DNA of 64,000 nt from Anolis carolinensis (GCF_035594765.1 NW_026943823.1:8308001-8372000); one strand, 5' to 3'. Positions 37,466 to 50,915 are shown, numbered from the stretch's first letter. Notes: a model not told the origin generated them from the sequence alone. Made by a program: numbers and translations.

Positions 37466-38596
37466 ATGGCTCAGAAGGATCCCTGTCAGAAATATGCCTG
37501 TGAAATCCAGAAATGTTTGCAAGGTATACCACATCTCTTGGCTCTTCTTTGATTTTATTATTCAGAGCCATCTAATATTTTCTCTTTCTATTCAATAACC
37601 TGATGTGTTTTTTTAAACTCCTGAAGCAGCAATACTGTAATATTAATAATGTATTTGGTTGGTTGGTTCATCCTGTCTTTCCTCTAATGCATTTAAAGTG
37701 GAATGCATGGCTGTTTTATTTCTTACTTTGTTTTTATGGCTATAGATGTGCAAGAGAGGTAAGACTAAGAGAGTGTGGCGCGAGATCATTCAGTCTGATT
37801 TATGATTCAGTAGGGTTTGAATATGCCAACCTCACATGGTGGCTGAGCAAGACTTATGAGAAGGGAAAGCTTTAACCTGCTCTCATCAGCAAAGGAGTGC
37901 AGTTTTTAGCCTAATCCACTGCCAGCCCTAATCTCCTGTAATGAACAGCAGGGATTGGGTTTCCTGTCATTTTAATCCAGCTCTCTCCAACTCCAATTAA
38001 TTGTGTTTTTAGTTGTTGTTTTCCATCCAATGTAAAGAACAGTTATTGAGAAACTCAAAGCAACATATTAATTACCAGTACTAATACATATTACATTGCT
38101 GTTTTTAAATTGATTCTTCTACGGATGTCAGCAGATATGTTATAACACAAATTTTCCAAATCATATTGTAAAATTTCCAGTAAGGTATGGTCTTTGCAGT
38201 CCTCTTAGCTTAAGATTATGAATCTCAATGTTCACTTCTATCAAGGGGTGGGTATTTGCACAGCAAAGCCCCACCTTTTTAATGTAAATATGAAACACAA
38301 GGGGAAGGGGCTGGAAAAGAGTATTTTTAAAACGTGACTACTGTAAGGGCAGTATTCTTAAAACGTGACTCTCAATGAGGGGTGATCATATACTAGTTTT
38401 CAAATTGTTTTTCCCCCTCCTTCCAGCAAACAACTATGTGGAATCTAAATGTGAAGCTGCCATCCAGGAGATGAGAAAATGTTGTGTCCGGTATCCAAAG
38501 GGCAGATCTATCTCTTGTTCGGGGTTTGAGTCGGAGGAAAAAGCGAAACAGAAGCCAGTTCTGGCTCCCAAGGGATTTCCCACCCCACGATCCTGA
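37466..38596 (+). CDS. CMC4: Cx9C motif-containing protein 4 (p8 MTCP1NB), 2 coding exons, 75 aa
   Basis: Exons 37466-37523 and 38427-38596: MAQKDPCQKYACEIQKCLQ/ANNYVESKCEAAIQEMRKCCVRYPKGRSISCSGF...; twin Cx9C motif, GCCATGG Kozak context, acceptor AG ending at 37454. Confidence 0.95.
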
Positions 38597-41500
38597 GGAG
38601 ACACGGACTGCTGGGGAGCACAGGCCTTTCCTGCAAACTATGTAGCTGCACAATACCTCATCCATCCCGCTTGCATTGGAGCACATTCCAGGATGCAAGC
38701 CAGCTCTTCTTTCAGACATTCACAGCAAGAAAGCAACAAGTGTCTGTTAAGATTAGAGCTGTTCAGCAGTTCTACCATCAAAATGTAGTCCTGCTTTAGC
38801 CTTATTGTGGATTAGATTGGAGTAGAACAATTTGGTGTGTTAATGTTCAGTGTCATCGAAATCTGTTGTCACGAGTAGCAATATTCCACTGCTAGGTGGA
38901 ATCCAAGCAGTCCTTTTTGCTGTTCGTTCAAGTTTCAGACAATCTTGTTAGACATAGTATGTAAATTAGTCTGTTGTGAATCTGCAGAACCTTTATTTCC
39001 AGTAAATGAGGATTTCCCAGGCTGCTCAGAAGCTGCCCTCCTCCTGCCTTTTTGCTGTGCAGACAACGTTGGCAACAGAAGCTGCCTTCTCCATTCAGCA
39101 CAGCAATAGTTAGGTTACCTGTGTGCCTCAGTATCCTTGTCTGCAACCCATCTAACCTTTGGACTATCCGGTCGATCCTTTGGATTGTAGATTGAGTAGC
39201 ACTGATCTCCAATTGCACAATACTGATTTATGTGAATGCTGTTGAAATTTCAGGGATAATTATAGTGTGATGTGGAGCTCTCCCTCGCCTTTGTAAAGCA
39301 ATAGTCACTTTATGGAGTCAGAGTGGTGAAAGGTATTTTTTAAAAACCCTTCACTCTGCAACTTATGTGAGCAAAGTGCCATTCCAATGAATGGAATTGG
39401 AGTGTGCTTGTAGCATCACTTTCCTCACCCAATTTAGACCCTGCTGAAGACAACCCAGGAGATGTTGAGCCTATTTTAGTACCCTTGTATCAATCTAGTA
39501 CCTCATCATTGTTGAATAATTTCAAAACCAGTGCAATGTTCTGTGTGCATTAGTCAGCAGGCATCACCAAAGCCAGTGGAATAAGTGTGTGTTGAATGTT
39601 TTTAAATTCCATGCTGCAAAAAATAAAACAAAGAACACAGGACTCAGAACTAGTTTTTTTTAAAAAATTAAGGCACTGAAGATCACATTTTTCTTCCCTT
39701 TCATTTTAAATCAACCTTTGTCCCAATTTCCTTTGCATAATGTGCACACAGATTTACTAGAACGTGTATGTGAATTCTGGTGTCATGGGCCAGCTCTTAC
39801 TGGGGTGATACTATTTCTAAAAATGGAGGGGTGGGCTTTGCCAACCTTTGGTCTAGAAATCTGATTTCTTCTGGAAGAGCTTAAGGATCAAAAACAACTA
39901 TTGCATAATAGAAGCCAACAAACTTAAGTTATGGGCACAGTGACCCTTGTCCATAGACTCTTTTGTCTTGTTTATGATCTGTCTGAAGACCTACAGGAAA
40001 TCAATCAGCTAAGTAATGGTCACTATTGTTGAAAAGCAGTAATAGTGTTATGTGTGCAGATATTCTGAGGCCTGAGAATTATTGATGAAGACTTCTAGCT
40101 CGTCAGTATTTCACTTATTACTGTTGTTGTTGGATTCCTTGCCCACTTCTCCTCGTGGCTTGAGGCAGGTCACAACATAGCTAAAAACGCATCTTTAACA
40201 TATAAAATACACATATCAAAATGTATGTTTATGAAATACATATACTAAGATACATAGAACAAAGATGAAAATATAGTAAACACAAGATGTGAGTTTAACA
40301 CTCAATTAGATGGATGGATGGTCTTGATCAGGAGAGGTCATTTTTCTGTGCCCAGGGGAAGAGATGCAGCTTTAGGCAGAGTATTTATTTATTCATTTAT
40401 TATTTATTTATTTACTACATTTATATGCCGCCCTTCTCACCCCAAAGGGGACTCAGAGCGGCTTACAGATTAAATTTACATACAATATTATATTATCTGC
40501 ATAGTACACTACTGGCAATAAATTACTATATTGTACTATATCAATATATTGTAATATTATTAGTAATAATATATATAAAATATATAATTTATACTATTAA
40601 ATTGTATTATTAGTATGTGCTTTGCACGCAGCAGCAGCAACTAAATTCAGTCTCCAGCATCTTATTTAACAATAGGCTTAGGTGTCTGCCTGAAGCTCAA
40701 GAAAACCATTGTCTTATCAAAATAGCCAATGCTTGATTTATGGCCTACACTTCTATAGGAATATAGAGTAGCCTCAAAGGTACTGTGTACAAAGATATCT
40801 TGAACTGAGGCTGTAGATTAATTCTAATTGAAAGATATATTCAGCCTCTTTAACTAGAGCATCCTCTCTAATTGAACTGGGATAAGACACAGCATTCGTT
40901 AAAATGAGATTATTGCTAGACTTTTAGAATAGACTTGTGGAAGTCATGTGTCTCATTAACTCAGGTCCCACTGATTTTAATGGATCTTCTCTTAAATATG
41001 GCTCATTCTGCAACCATTCCCATCTGCAATGTCAGAGATACAAATGGCCAGCTCTGTCCACCACTCAGAAGTCATGCCTGCTTTCAGTGTTTATTTTCAA
41101 TGTTGAGAGTAAACAAACATAGCACTCAAAGGAAGCTCAGCAAAAATGGTTTATTTTGTATTCTCACTCCACGCAAACATTTAATTTAAATACCATATAA
41201 AAACACTGTAAAAACCTAAGTGTTTCTCTAAGTGCAGCTGGTTACTGGGTTTGAACTTCTTTTTGTGACCCCAAACACAATGATGTGAGATTGTCCCTTC
41301 ACTAAAGACACTGCACTCAGTACTTTGGATAAACATTAGTGGGACTGGGGGACTTTTCATATGGGTCAGCTGCTAGATAGTTATTAAGGCCTAGAAACCG
41401 TCACTGAAGCAGTTATGGCAAAAACTGCACAAAAGAACTGACAACACCCAATTATCGAAATGGACTGGGGGGAAAAAAGAAAATGGGGCAATTCCCTTTT

Positions 41501-43500
41501 TCTTTTTTTGGCAGAAGCAAGCTTTTGCAGCAATGTCATTAACATTTGAGGCATTTTAATAGCCCAAACTATGAGTTATTTCCAAACACAAAATGTATAG
41601 ACAACCCAGATCCTGCCAGCTTTATTCCTGCCACATCCAACATTGAATTGTGAAAGTCCTATCATGTTGTCAACATCTTTTAGGTGCAAGGGATCACCCA
41701 TCCCATCTCTCTGAAGATTAAAGCGATCGCTTACATCATTTGAAGAGGATTTGAAGAGCTCTGTGGTAGCGCACTTGCTATGCACATAGAAGGCCCTTCA
41801 TTCAATCCACTCAAAAGGCTCTCAGCTAAAATAGTAATGGTGATTATCCAAAGCTATGGGAAACCCATGCCAAGAGGGAGGACCACATGAAGCAACTGTT
41901 CACCTCACCATGCATGGCCCAATCTCATATTCCAGATCATGTAAGCCTTGGTTGTTAACCTTGGTAGGTATAACAAAAACTTCTGTATGGCCAAGAGAAG
42001 TAGCACATATTTTATATGATTTGAAGAAGGGATTGATTCTGCAATGAGACCAAGGGATTTGTCTTATTACAGTTTTAGGTATAAGTTTTCAAAACAGACT
42101 GAAAATCTCTAGGAAAACAAGTTATTGATGTTTTCCCTCTTCCAAAGCTTTGGCAAGTTCAGCAACAGTTAAACATACAACTATCCTATAACACCCAATA
42201 AAGGAAGAGGTTTATTGTGGCGCAAAACTTCCTGAACTACAACTTCTTAATACATGATTAAAGAGCCTCTAGTTCATGAAAACTTAAAACAATGTCTGCT
42301 GGAACAGACTGACCTAGTGCAAGGGATATCAAAGCAGGAACTGCAAGAGAAAATACACACTAAGCATCTGCTTTCTCCCATCTATAGAACCCTAAATTGA
42401 TATTGCTTGGGCAACTCCCTCCTATCCACAGCTATTAACTAGCTATGGGTATTTGTTGTTGAGTATATGTGCATGCAATGAATTAATATATTTTCCTGCA
42501 GTGACTGGAAAAACAATTATATGCTGGAGGAATTGGAAATATAGCCCATAAGTATCAGGAGAAATGCAAACTTTAGCCTTCCACCTAACACAGATCTCCT
42601 GCAGAGATAAACCAACATTTCTCAATCTGGTCTTCATACCATTTCATGGAGCGAGAGTACCATATGAAAGAAAGTGGCAGAAAATATGCAATTCTACTCT
42701 CATTTCACAATGGCAGCTGCTAAAAATACCATTTTTATCTAAAAAGCCTCCCAACTCTAGCAAGTCATCTTCTATCCTCACCACCACCGAGAGCATAGTT
42801 CATCTTTAATGTCTACTCCATCCAAGGCTATGACTGGTGAGCATTCTAAATAATACTTTTAGGGAGAAAGATCTTCCTGCTTGCCAGTCCTCCTTCAGCT
42901 GGAGGACAGCAGAAAATACAGCAGAGCAGTCAGAGTTTCCACATGTCATTCCAGCTCTCTGGATTCAGCCAGAGGTATAAATAACAGTTTGTGCAATGCC
43001 AAGAGGATCTGTGTTTTCCAGCTCTGGCTCTGCCGAGCAGTATACAGAGCCTGTTCAAGGAAGAACCAGGCAAATGCTAAATACTATTATTTCATGACGG
43101 GCCCGGATCCTCCCTTGTCCTCCCAGAATGGGCTTGAAAGAAAATAAACAAAACAAGAAAGTGCATATAAAGACAAGGGAGTGATTATTATACGGATAGC
43201 CACAATATTTTGAATAGGTCACCCCACTGGGACATTCTGAAAGATCTAAAAGGTACCGATAGTATCCAGTATGGTAATAACTGACTTTGAGTCTAATCCT
43301 TCCTCCCACCAACCAGCCAATAAATTAAAATGGGGAAAGCCCCAAGGACGATATTTTTGGCAGCAATGATGCATGTACAAAGAGGAAGACAATTCAAGAG
43401 GGAGAATGTTCCTGCAGACAAGTCTGCCAATGGAGTCAGAAACTGGAGAGGAAATGGCAGTTGTACAGGGAACGGTAGAGCAGCTTGATCTGGTCGGCTC

Positions 43501-46500
43501 CTAAGACGCCAAGCCAAGCAGAAACCCTCCAACGAACCCTCCAGTCAGGATAACATTTTTCTTCAAAAAGCGGATCACCTGGGTAGAAGAGAAAGGAGAC
43601 TTGTGTTGGCCAAACTAGGGCTCCTTGCTGTATCAATTCTTAAGACATGGCAACATTTGCATGGCTCAGCAGCCAGTTAGGAAGACGTAAAAGAGGAAGG
43701 TATGAGTATCTCTCTTCCCTTGATGCACTGTTCAACCAAACAAGTGCCCAGATGTCCAGCAAGAGCCCACTGACCCAACACAATCTAATGCTCACAGAAA
43801 GGTGAATCCTACAGCTCTTCAGATGTCAGTGAACTATGAAGCCCAGCCAGCACATCCCACAAAAGGAATGCTGGCAATCCAACATGTCTGGAGACTGATG
43901 TCTGGCAGAAAAAGGGACTAAGGATCATAATGTATGAGTATCAAAATGTTTTTTTAAAATGATGTTTCTTGCTTCATAAAGTACCACTTCTAAGTGGCCA
44001 GCTGAAAGATCTCACCTCGTCCACTCGGGTCTTCACCTCTGGCGGTAGCTCAGTGTTAGGGCTGCTGCGGAACTTCAACTGCTCCTTCGCTTTGTTCACA
44101 TCTCGCTCAACCATTTTCCAGTCGACTTTGATGTATCCCGTGTGATTGGCAACCTGGAAAAGGGGAAGGTGCTCTGAAGCATATTATGTACCCAAACCCA
44201 GGTCTTTCTGGAAGACTTGCTCCCATCTACCCTCCATCGACATCACTGTGGTCCTAGGAGAGTAATCCTTCAAAGGGCTTTTAATGTAGGAAATTGCGAT
44301 GAAAGTAATGTTGGCATTTTACATACGGATTTTTCCACAATGGATTCCACGATTCCTCCTACTTGGTCTGATGAGTAAGAAGGTAAATAAGATCTGAAAT
44401 ACATCCCTTGCAATTTACTTATACAGTAGAGTCTCACTTATCCAAGCCTCGCTTATCCAAGTTTCTGGATTATCCAAGCCATTTTTGTAGTCAGTGTTTT
44501 CAATATATCGTGATATTTTGGTGCTAAATTTGTAAATACAGTAAAGTCTCACTTATCCAACACTTGCTTATCCAACATTCTGGATTATCCAACGCATTTT
44601 TATAGTCAATGTTTTATTTATTTATTTTTATTTCCAATATTTCTATCCCGCCCTTCTCACCCGAAGGGTCTCCGGGTGGCGTACAATTGGCAGCAATTTG
44701 ATGCCGATACATCATTAAAAACAACAACATATAAAAATATATTACAACCAATTAAATACAGTATAAAATATAAAACATAAAACATATGCTTAAAATCCGT
44801 TCGTCCAATATCCTCCAACTTTATCCATATAACAGTCTGGGTCGTCTTTATCATTTATTCGTTAAAAGCCTGGGCACATAGCCATGTTTTTAAGGCTTTT
44901 CTAAAACTCCAAAGGTTTTCAATAAATCATGATATTTTGGTGCTAAATTCGTAAATACAGTAATTACTACATAGCATTATTGTGTATTGAACTACTTTTT
45001 CTGTCAAATTTGTTGTATAACATGATGTTTTGGTACTTAATTTGTAAAATCATAACCTAATTTGATGTTCAATAGGCTTTTCCTTAATCTCTCCTTATTA
45101 TACAACATATTCGCTTATCCAACGTTCTGCCAGCCCATTTACGTTGGATAAGCGAGACTCTACAGTAATTACAACATAACATTACTGTGTATTGAACTGC
45201 TTTTTCTGTCAAATTTGTTGTAAAACATGATGTTTTGGTGCTTAATTTGTAAAATCATAACCTAATTTGATGTTTAATAGACTTTTCCTTAATCCCTCCT
45301 TATTATCCAAGATATTCACTTATCCAAGCTTCTGCCGGCCCATTTAGCTTGGATAAGTGAGACTCTACTGTAGTTTCCTTTCTGCCTAGCTCAGTTGGGA
45401 GATCTATCCTTCAAATGTGCTGCATTGTAGGACATGGGAGTGAACACACCTTTCTCTATGGCAGAGGTGTCAAACTAGTGGCCATCTAGATGTTTGGGAT
45501 TCCAACTCCCAGAAGCCCTAGCCAGTTTGTCCAAAGGTAAGGAATTCTGGGAGCTGAAGTCAAAAACAACTGGAAGGGCACAAGTTTGACACCAATGCTC
45601 TATGGAGTCAAGGGAAGGAAGATGAGTAACCTGGGCCTAGATCTCAATAGCTTACTTTAATGGGGATAGTAGGAACACTGGACATATTCTGCCCAGAGCT
45701 GGAGTTTAACAGCATCTGTAGGGCCATATAATTATTATTTTATTTCTTACCCATCTCTTCCTGTGGCTCAAGGCAAGTTACAACACAATTAAAATACATA
45801 AACATTGTAAAAATTCTATAAATAATATACATATTTATAGAAAAGATACATATTAAAATGTATTTCTATAAAATACTTATTAAAAAGCATGGAACAGAGA
45901 TTAAAGACAAGACAAGAGTTTAACATTCATGCTTTAATGTGTTGTTGAAGGCCTTCATGGCCGGAATCACTGGGTTGTTGTGAGTTTTCCAGGCTGTACA
46001 AACTAAGGCCCGGGGGCTGGATGCGGCCCTCCAAGGTCATTTACCTGGCCCCCGCCCTCAGTATTAGACTTAGGCTCACCCAAAGTCTGAAATGACTTGA
46101 AGGCACACAACAATAACAATCCTACTTAACTTGATTATCTCATTGGGCAGAAGCAGGCCCACACTTCCCATTGAAATCCTGATAGGTTTATGTTGGTTAA
46201 AATTGTTTTTTTTTAAATTATTGTATTGTTCTTTCATTTACCAATATTGTGCTATGGTAATAATATAATATATTGTGTATACATATTATATTATTAATAA
46301 TATTATAATGCCATACAATATAATAATACTAATAAAAATACAATATAATATTAATTATACATTATATATTAAATTTAATATTACTAATAATATTACCATA
46401 TAGTGGTATAGTACAATATTGTAATATATAATGCTAATATTGTGCTATGCTAATCTATATATATAAAAGAGTGATGGCATCAGGGCAGCGGACAAAACAA

Positions 46501-49500
46501 CAAAACTACAGGCCCCCCAACCTCAAAATTTGACAACACAACCCATCATTCACGGCTCTAGGTTGATACAACAAAAAGAAAAGAAAAATAAAGTCCTAAT
46601 TACAGGGAGAGGAATAATAGTTTTTATCCAATTGCTGCCAGTTTGAAGGCTAGGCTCTGCCCACTTGGTCTCCTAGCAACCTCCTCAGCCCAGGGGACAG
46701 GCACAGTTAGGCCTCACTTAGGCCTCTTCCACAGATTATCAGATTTGAACTGGATTATATGGCAGTGTAGACTCAAGGCCCTTCCACACAGCTATATAAC
46801 CCATTTAGAATCTTATATTATCTGCTTTGCACTGGATTATCTTGAGTCCACACTGCCATATAATCCACTTCAGTGTGCATACTAAACATAAAGACAACCA
46901 TACAATAGACATTCAATACCACCACTACCTCAACAATTTCTCACCAACACCACCAGACAACGCCACAGCAACGCGTGGCCGGGCACAGCTAGCACTGTAA
47001 TATATTGTATGTACATACAACTTGTAAGCCACTCTGACTCCCCTTCGGGGTGAGAGAGGGTGGGATATAAATGTAGTAAATACAAAAATAAATAATTGTT
47101 GTTGGGGGGGTTTTGCACTACAAATAAGACATGTGCAGGGTGCATAGGAATTAGTTGGGTTTTTTTTTCAAATGATAATTCGGCCCCTCAAGAATCTGAG
47201 GGACCATGAACCAGCCCTCCACTTCAAATGTTTGAGGACCCCTGCTGTACATGTTCCAGAAGCATTTTCTTCTGAAGTTTACCTCACAATCTATGAGGAT
47301 GCCTGCTATAGATGTGGGTGAAATGTCAGGAGGAAATGCTTCTGGAACATGGCCATACAGACTGGAAACCTCACAACATTCATGCTTTAAACTGGCTGGC
47401 TAGGCCACTTCACCATACGTTCCCTGGGCCTGATCTATGAAAACAGAGGATCCCAATGGTTCTCTGTTCACTCCCAATAACATGCATCAAAATGTGACCA
47501 CAATGCAGTACTGCCAAGGAGCAGTAGGGAAAACTCATTGCATGTTCAATCTGGGCTGTGGCGCAGGCGGGAGAGCAAGCCAGCTGCAACTAGCTGCAAT
47601 GAATCACTCTGACCAGGAGGTCATGAGTTCGAGGCCCGCTCGGAGCCTATGTTTGTCTTGTCTTTGTTCTATATTAAAAGGCATTGAATGTTTGCCTATA
47701 TGTGTAATGTGATTTGCCCTGAGTCCCCTTCGGGGTGAGAAGGGTGGAATATAAATGCTGTAAATAAATAAATAAATAAATAAATATTGGCTACACAAGC
47801 CTGGCCTGGGGTTGGAATCCAGATAATGACCTAAATGGCTCACTCGTGTGAAAAAAACACACATGTTATAACTACAGGTTAGAAAAAATACCCTTTGGGG
47901 CTCACTGCTTGCAGGATTCTGGGTAGACCATAAAGGAAATGTTTGCAGCCCTGATCAAAATTGTATTTTGGAAGTCTCAAAATACGCTTATATAGTTACC
48001 AACCTGGAGCAGAAAGAAGCCGCCTCCCACGGCAGTCGCAGCCAGCTTCCCAACCTTCTGGAAAATGAAGCCAGTGCACCTGCACATCGAAACGTAGGGA
48101 AATGGCACTTAAGTATACAAAAGTAAGAAAATATAAGAGTATAGAGCAGGCATGGGCAAACTTTGGTCCTCCGGGTGTTTTGGACTTCAACTCCCACAAT
48201 TCCTAACAGCCTACCGGCTGTTAGGAATTGTGGGAGTTGAAGTCCAAAACACCCGGAGGACCAAAGTTTGCCCTACTCTTCCTCCCTCCTTCCCAGCAAT
48301 GCACACAAAGCCCACACAAAGCAAAGCGCCTCACCATCCTGTGGCTCCTCCAATGGCCAGCTGGCTGGCAACGCTGTATTTTTCCGCGCTGGACCCCGAG
48401 TTTGGCTTAAAGAGCTTTCGCCACCAGGGCCGCCTCTTGGTGTACTCGGCCAGGTCCAGCACCTCATCAATACCTTGCTTTCCTGCACGTTAATAGGAAG
48501 AAGGCATAAAAGAAAGCCAATTATACAACTGCTTTTTAGTCTGCCTCGCAATCTATGTTTCACTGTTGCACTGAAAGCATACGGAAAAGGAGAGGCTGCT
48601 GAAAGAACCAATAATCGTCCCAGGATGCAATTTGGGACAAGGTTTCAAGACCTACTTCCCAGTGGCACCACAGAGGGCCACTTCACCTTGCAGCAGTGGC
48701 ATTGCAGAGGGTCACTTCACCTAGTCACAACTGTTATGGTACAAAACATACCAACCAGACCTATTTCCCAGTGGCATCACAGAGGGACACTTCACCTAGC
48801 AACAAGCTTTATGGTACAAAACAGACCAGACAAATCTACTTCCCAGTGGCATCACAGAGGGCCACTTCACCTCGCAACAGTGGCATTGCAGAGGGTCACT
48901 TCACCTAGCAACAGCTTTATGGTACAAAACAGACCAGACAGACCTACTTCCCAGTGGCATCAAAGAAGTTCACTTCACCTAGCAACAAGCTTTATGGTAC
49001 AAAACATACCAGACAAACCTATTTCCCAGTGGCATCACAGAGGGCCACTTCACCTAGCAACAAGCTTTATGGTACAAAACAGACCATACAGACCTACTTC
49101 ACAGGGGCATCACAGAGGGCCACTTCACCTAGCAACAAGCTTTATGATACAAAACAGACCAACCAGACCTATTTCCCAGTGGCATCACAGAGGGCCACTC
49201 CACCTAGCAACAAGCTTTATGGTACAAAACAGACCAGACAGACCTACTTCCCAGGGGCGTCACGGAGGGCCACTTCACCTAGTAACAAGCTTTATGGTGC
49301 AAAACAGACCAGACGGACCTACTTCCCAGGGGCATCACGGAGGGCCACTTCACCTAGCAACAACTGTTACGGCACAAAACAGACCAGACAGACCTACTTC
49401 CCAGTGGCATCATAGAGGGTCACTTCACCTAGCAACAACCTTTAAGCTACAAAACAGACCAGACAAACCTATTTCCCAGTGACATCTCAGAGGGCCACTT

Positions 49501-49870
49501 CACCTAGCAACAGTGGCATCAGAGGCCCACTTGGCCTAGCAACAAACTTTATGGTACAAAACTGACCTATTTCCCAGTGACATCAGAGCGCCACTTCACC
49601 TAGCAACAAACTCAATGGTACAAAACAGAACCTATTTCCCAGTAACATCATAGAGGGCCACTTCACCTAGCGACAGCAGCATCGAGGGCCACTTCACCTA
49701 GCAACATCCTTTTATGTTATAAAACTGACCTACTTTAACCTATATACAGAAGCATTTTGAAAATAATTTGGTGCTTGGAAGAAAGTTTGTGTGCACTGAA
49801 CCCCGCCCCATCTATACTGTGGAACTAACGCGGTTTGATACCGTTTTAATTGCCATCGCTCACCGGCCAT
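43501..49870 (-). CDS. FUNDC2: FUN14 domain-containing protein 2, 5 coding exons, 148 aa from the strong-Kozak ATG
   Basis: Exons 49870-49864, 48482-48335, 48079-48004, 44153-44016, 43578-43501 (447 nt). [27 protein letters not shown]...[54 protein letters not shown]...[16 protein letters not shown] and adjacency to CMC4 favour FUNDC2 over FUNDC1. Confidence 0.93.
44424..45370. mobile_element. Family A MITE containing a second family A MITE, itself containing an L2-type 3' fragment
   Basis: Outer TIRs at 44424 and 45370; inner copy about 44539-45163; L2-type tail on minus about 44615-44915. Confidence 0.75.
46454..46992 (+). mobile_element. Non-autonomous Helitron nested in a hAT element (about 45999-47244)
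   Basis: A|TCTATATATA start and GCCACAGCAACGCGTGGCCGGGCACAGCTAG end. Confidence 0.8.
48655..49730. repeat. 60-bp minisatellite in FUNDC2 intron 1
   Basis: Unit approx. CCCAGTGGCATCACAGAGGGCCACTTCACCTAGCAACAAGCTTTATGGTACAAAACAGACCAGACAGACCTACTT-type; copies line up at 60-nt intervals across 48901-49480. Confidence 0.95.
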
Positions 49871-50270
49871 GATGGCGGCGGCCCGCTCCTTCTCCTGCTG
49901 CAACTCGGATCGCCTCCGCCGCTTGGCCTCCTGCTCCAGGCGGACCAATGAGGAGGCCGAATGGACGCCAGGCTCGGGTGACGTCGGCACGGTTAGCCCC
50001 GCCTCTTCCGGCTCTGGCTCCTCCTCGTCGTCGTCGTCCAGCTCCAGGTCCGAGTCCATCTCTCTCTCTCTCGCCCTCGTTCGGGGAAGCCTACGAGGCC
50101 ACGCCCCCCACCGCGTTTGCACCCGCCCACTCCGCGCCTTTGCGCCAATGGCGGCCTGATTGTTGGTCTCCTAGGCAACGCTACTTCCGCGTCATACAAT
50201 TGGAGCCGTTGCAATCCGCTTTAGTTGCCATGGCTACCCTGGCATTTAGGGGGCGGACCTCCGTATCCTT
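49820..50270 (-). promoter_or_regulatory. CpG island / promoter of FUNDC2 with two RFX X-boxes
   Basis: CpG-rich, with CCAAT and GC boxes; X-box-like GTCTCCTAGGCAAC (50166-50179) and GTTGCCATGGCTAC (50224-50237). Confidence 0.7.
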
Positions 50271-50308
50271 AACAGGGGATTATTTTGCATTATGTGCTTA
50301 GTGTAGAG

Positions 50309-50442
50309 CAGGCCTGGGCAATCTTGGGCCCTCCAGGTGTTTTGGACTACAACTCCCACAATTCCTAACAGCCGGCAGGCTGTTAGGAATTGTGGGAGTT
50401 GTAGTCCAAAACACCTGGAGGGCCCAAGTTTGCCCAGGCCTG
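50309..50442. mobile_element. Palindromic hAT MITE (134 bp)
   Basis: Near-perfect inverted repeat CAGGCCTGGGCAA...TTGCCCAGGCCTG; degenerate 8-bp TSD GTGTAGAG/GTATAGAC. Relatives at about 48147-48273, 60245-60360 and 45462-45597. Confidence 0.85.
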
Positions 50443-50726
50443 GTATAGACTCATATGAACTGCATTATATGAGTCTACACTGAGCATATAATCCACTTTC
50501 GAACTGCATTATATGGCTAGGAATACTCTGTTGTAGTTCACAATGCTTCACCAGAGTATAGCTCCCATTAGAGGATGCCAAAGTGGTGTCAAACTGCAGT
50601 AATTTGGCAGTGTGGATGCAACCTCGCAGAGGTTATCCGTCTCATTTCCAGCAGGCTGGGGCAAATGTGAATAATGATAGCCTTATAATGGCGCTAGGTG
50701 ACTTGGTTTCCATTTGTAAAATGCTA

Positions 50727-50915
50727 GTGCGAGCTGTTCAGCAGTGGAACTCTCTGCCCTGGAGTGTGATAGATGCTCCTTTGTTGGAAGCTTTTAAACA
50801 GAGGCTGGATGGCCATCTGTCGGGGGTGGTTTGAATGTGATTTTCCTGCTTCTTGGCAGAATAGGGTTGGACTGGATGGCCCATGAGGTCTCTTCCAACT
50901 CTAGGATTCTATGTT
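50727..50915 (+). mobile_element. CR1 LINE 3' fragment
   Basis: VRAVQQWNSLPWSVIDAPLLEAFKQRLDGHL followed by the TTCCAACTCTAGGATTCTATG tail. Confidence 0.85.

Noticed and set aside
48147-48273. miRNA-like perfect hairpin
   Set aside because: One of several copies of a palindromic hAT MITE; no evidence of processing from sequence alone.
48268-49482. 404-aa plus-strand ORF with 20-aa repeats
   Set aside because: Translation of a stop-free 60-bp minisatellite, antisense to and overlapping FUNDC2 exon 2; no sign of a real gene.
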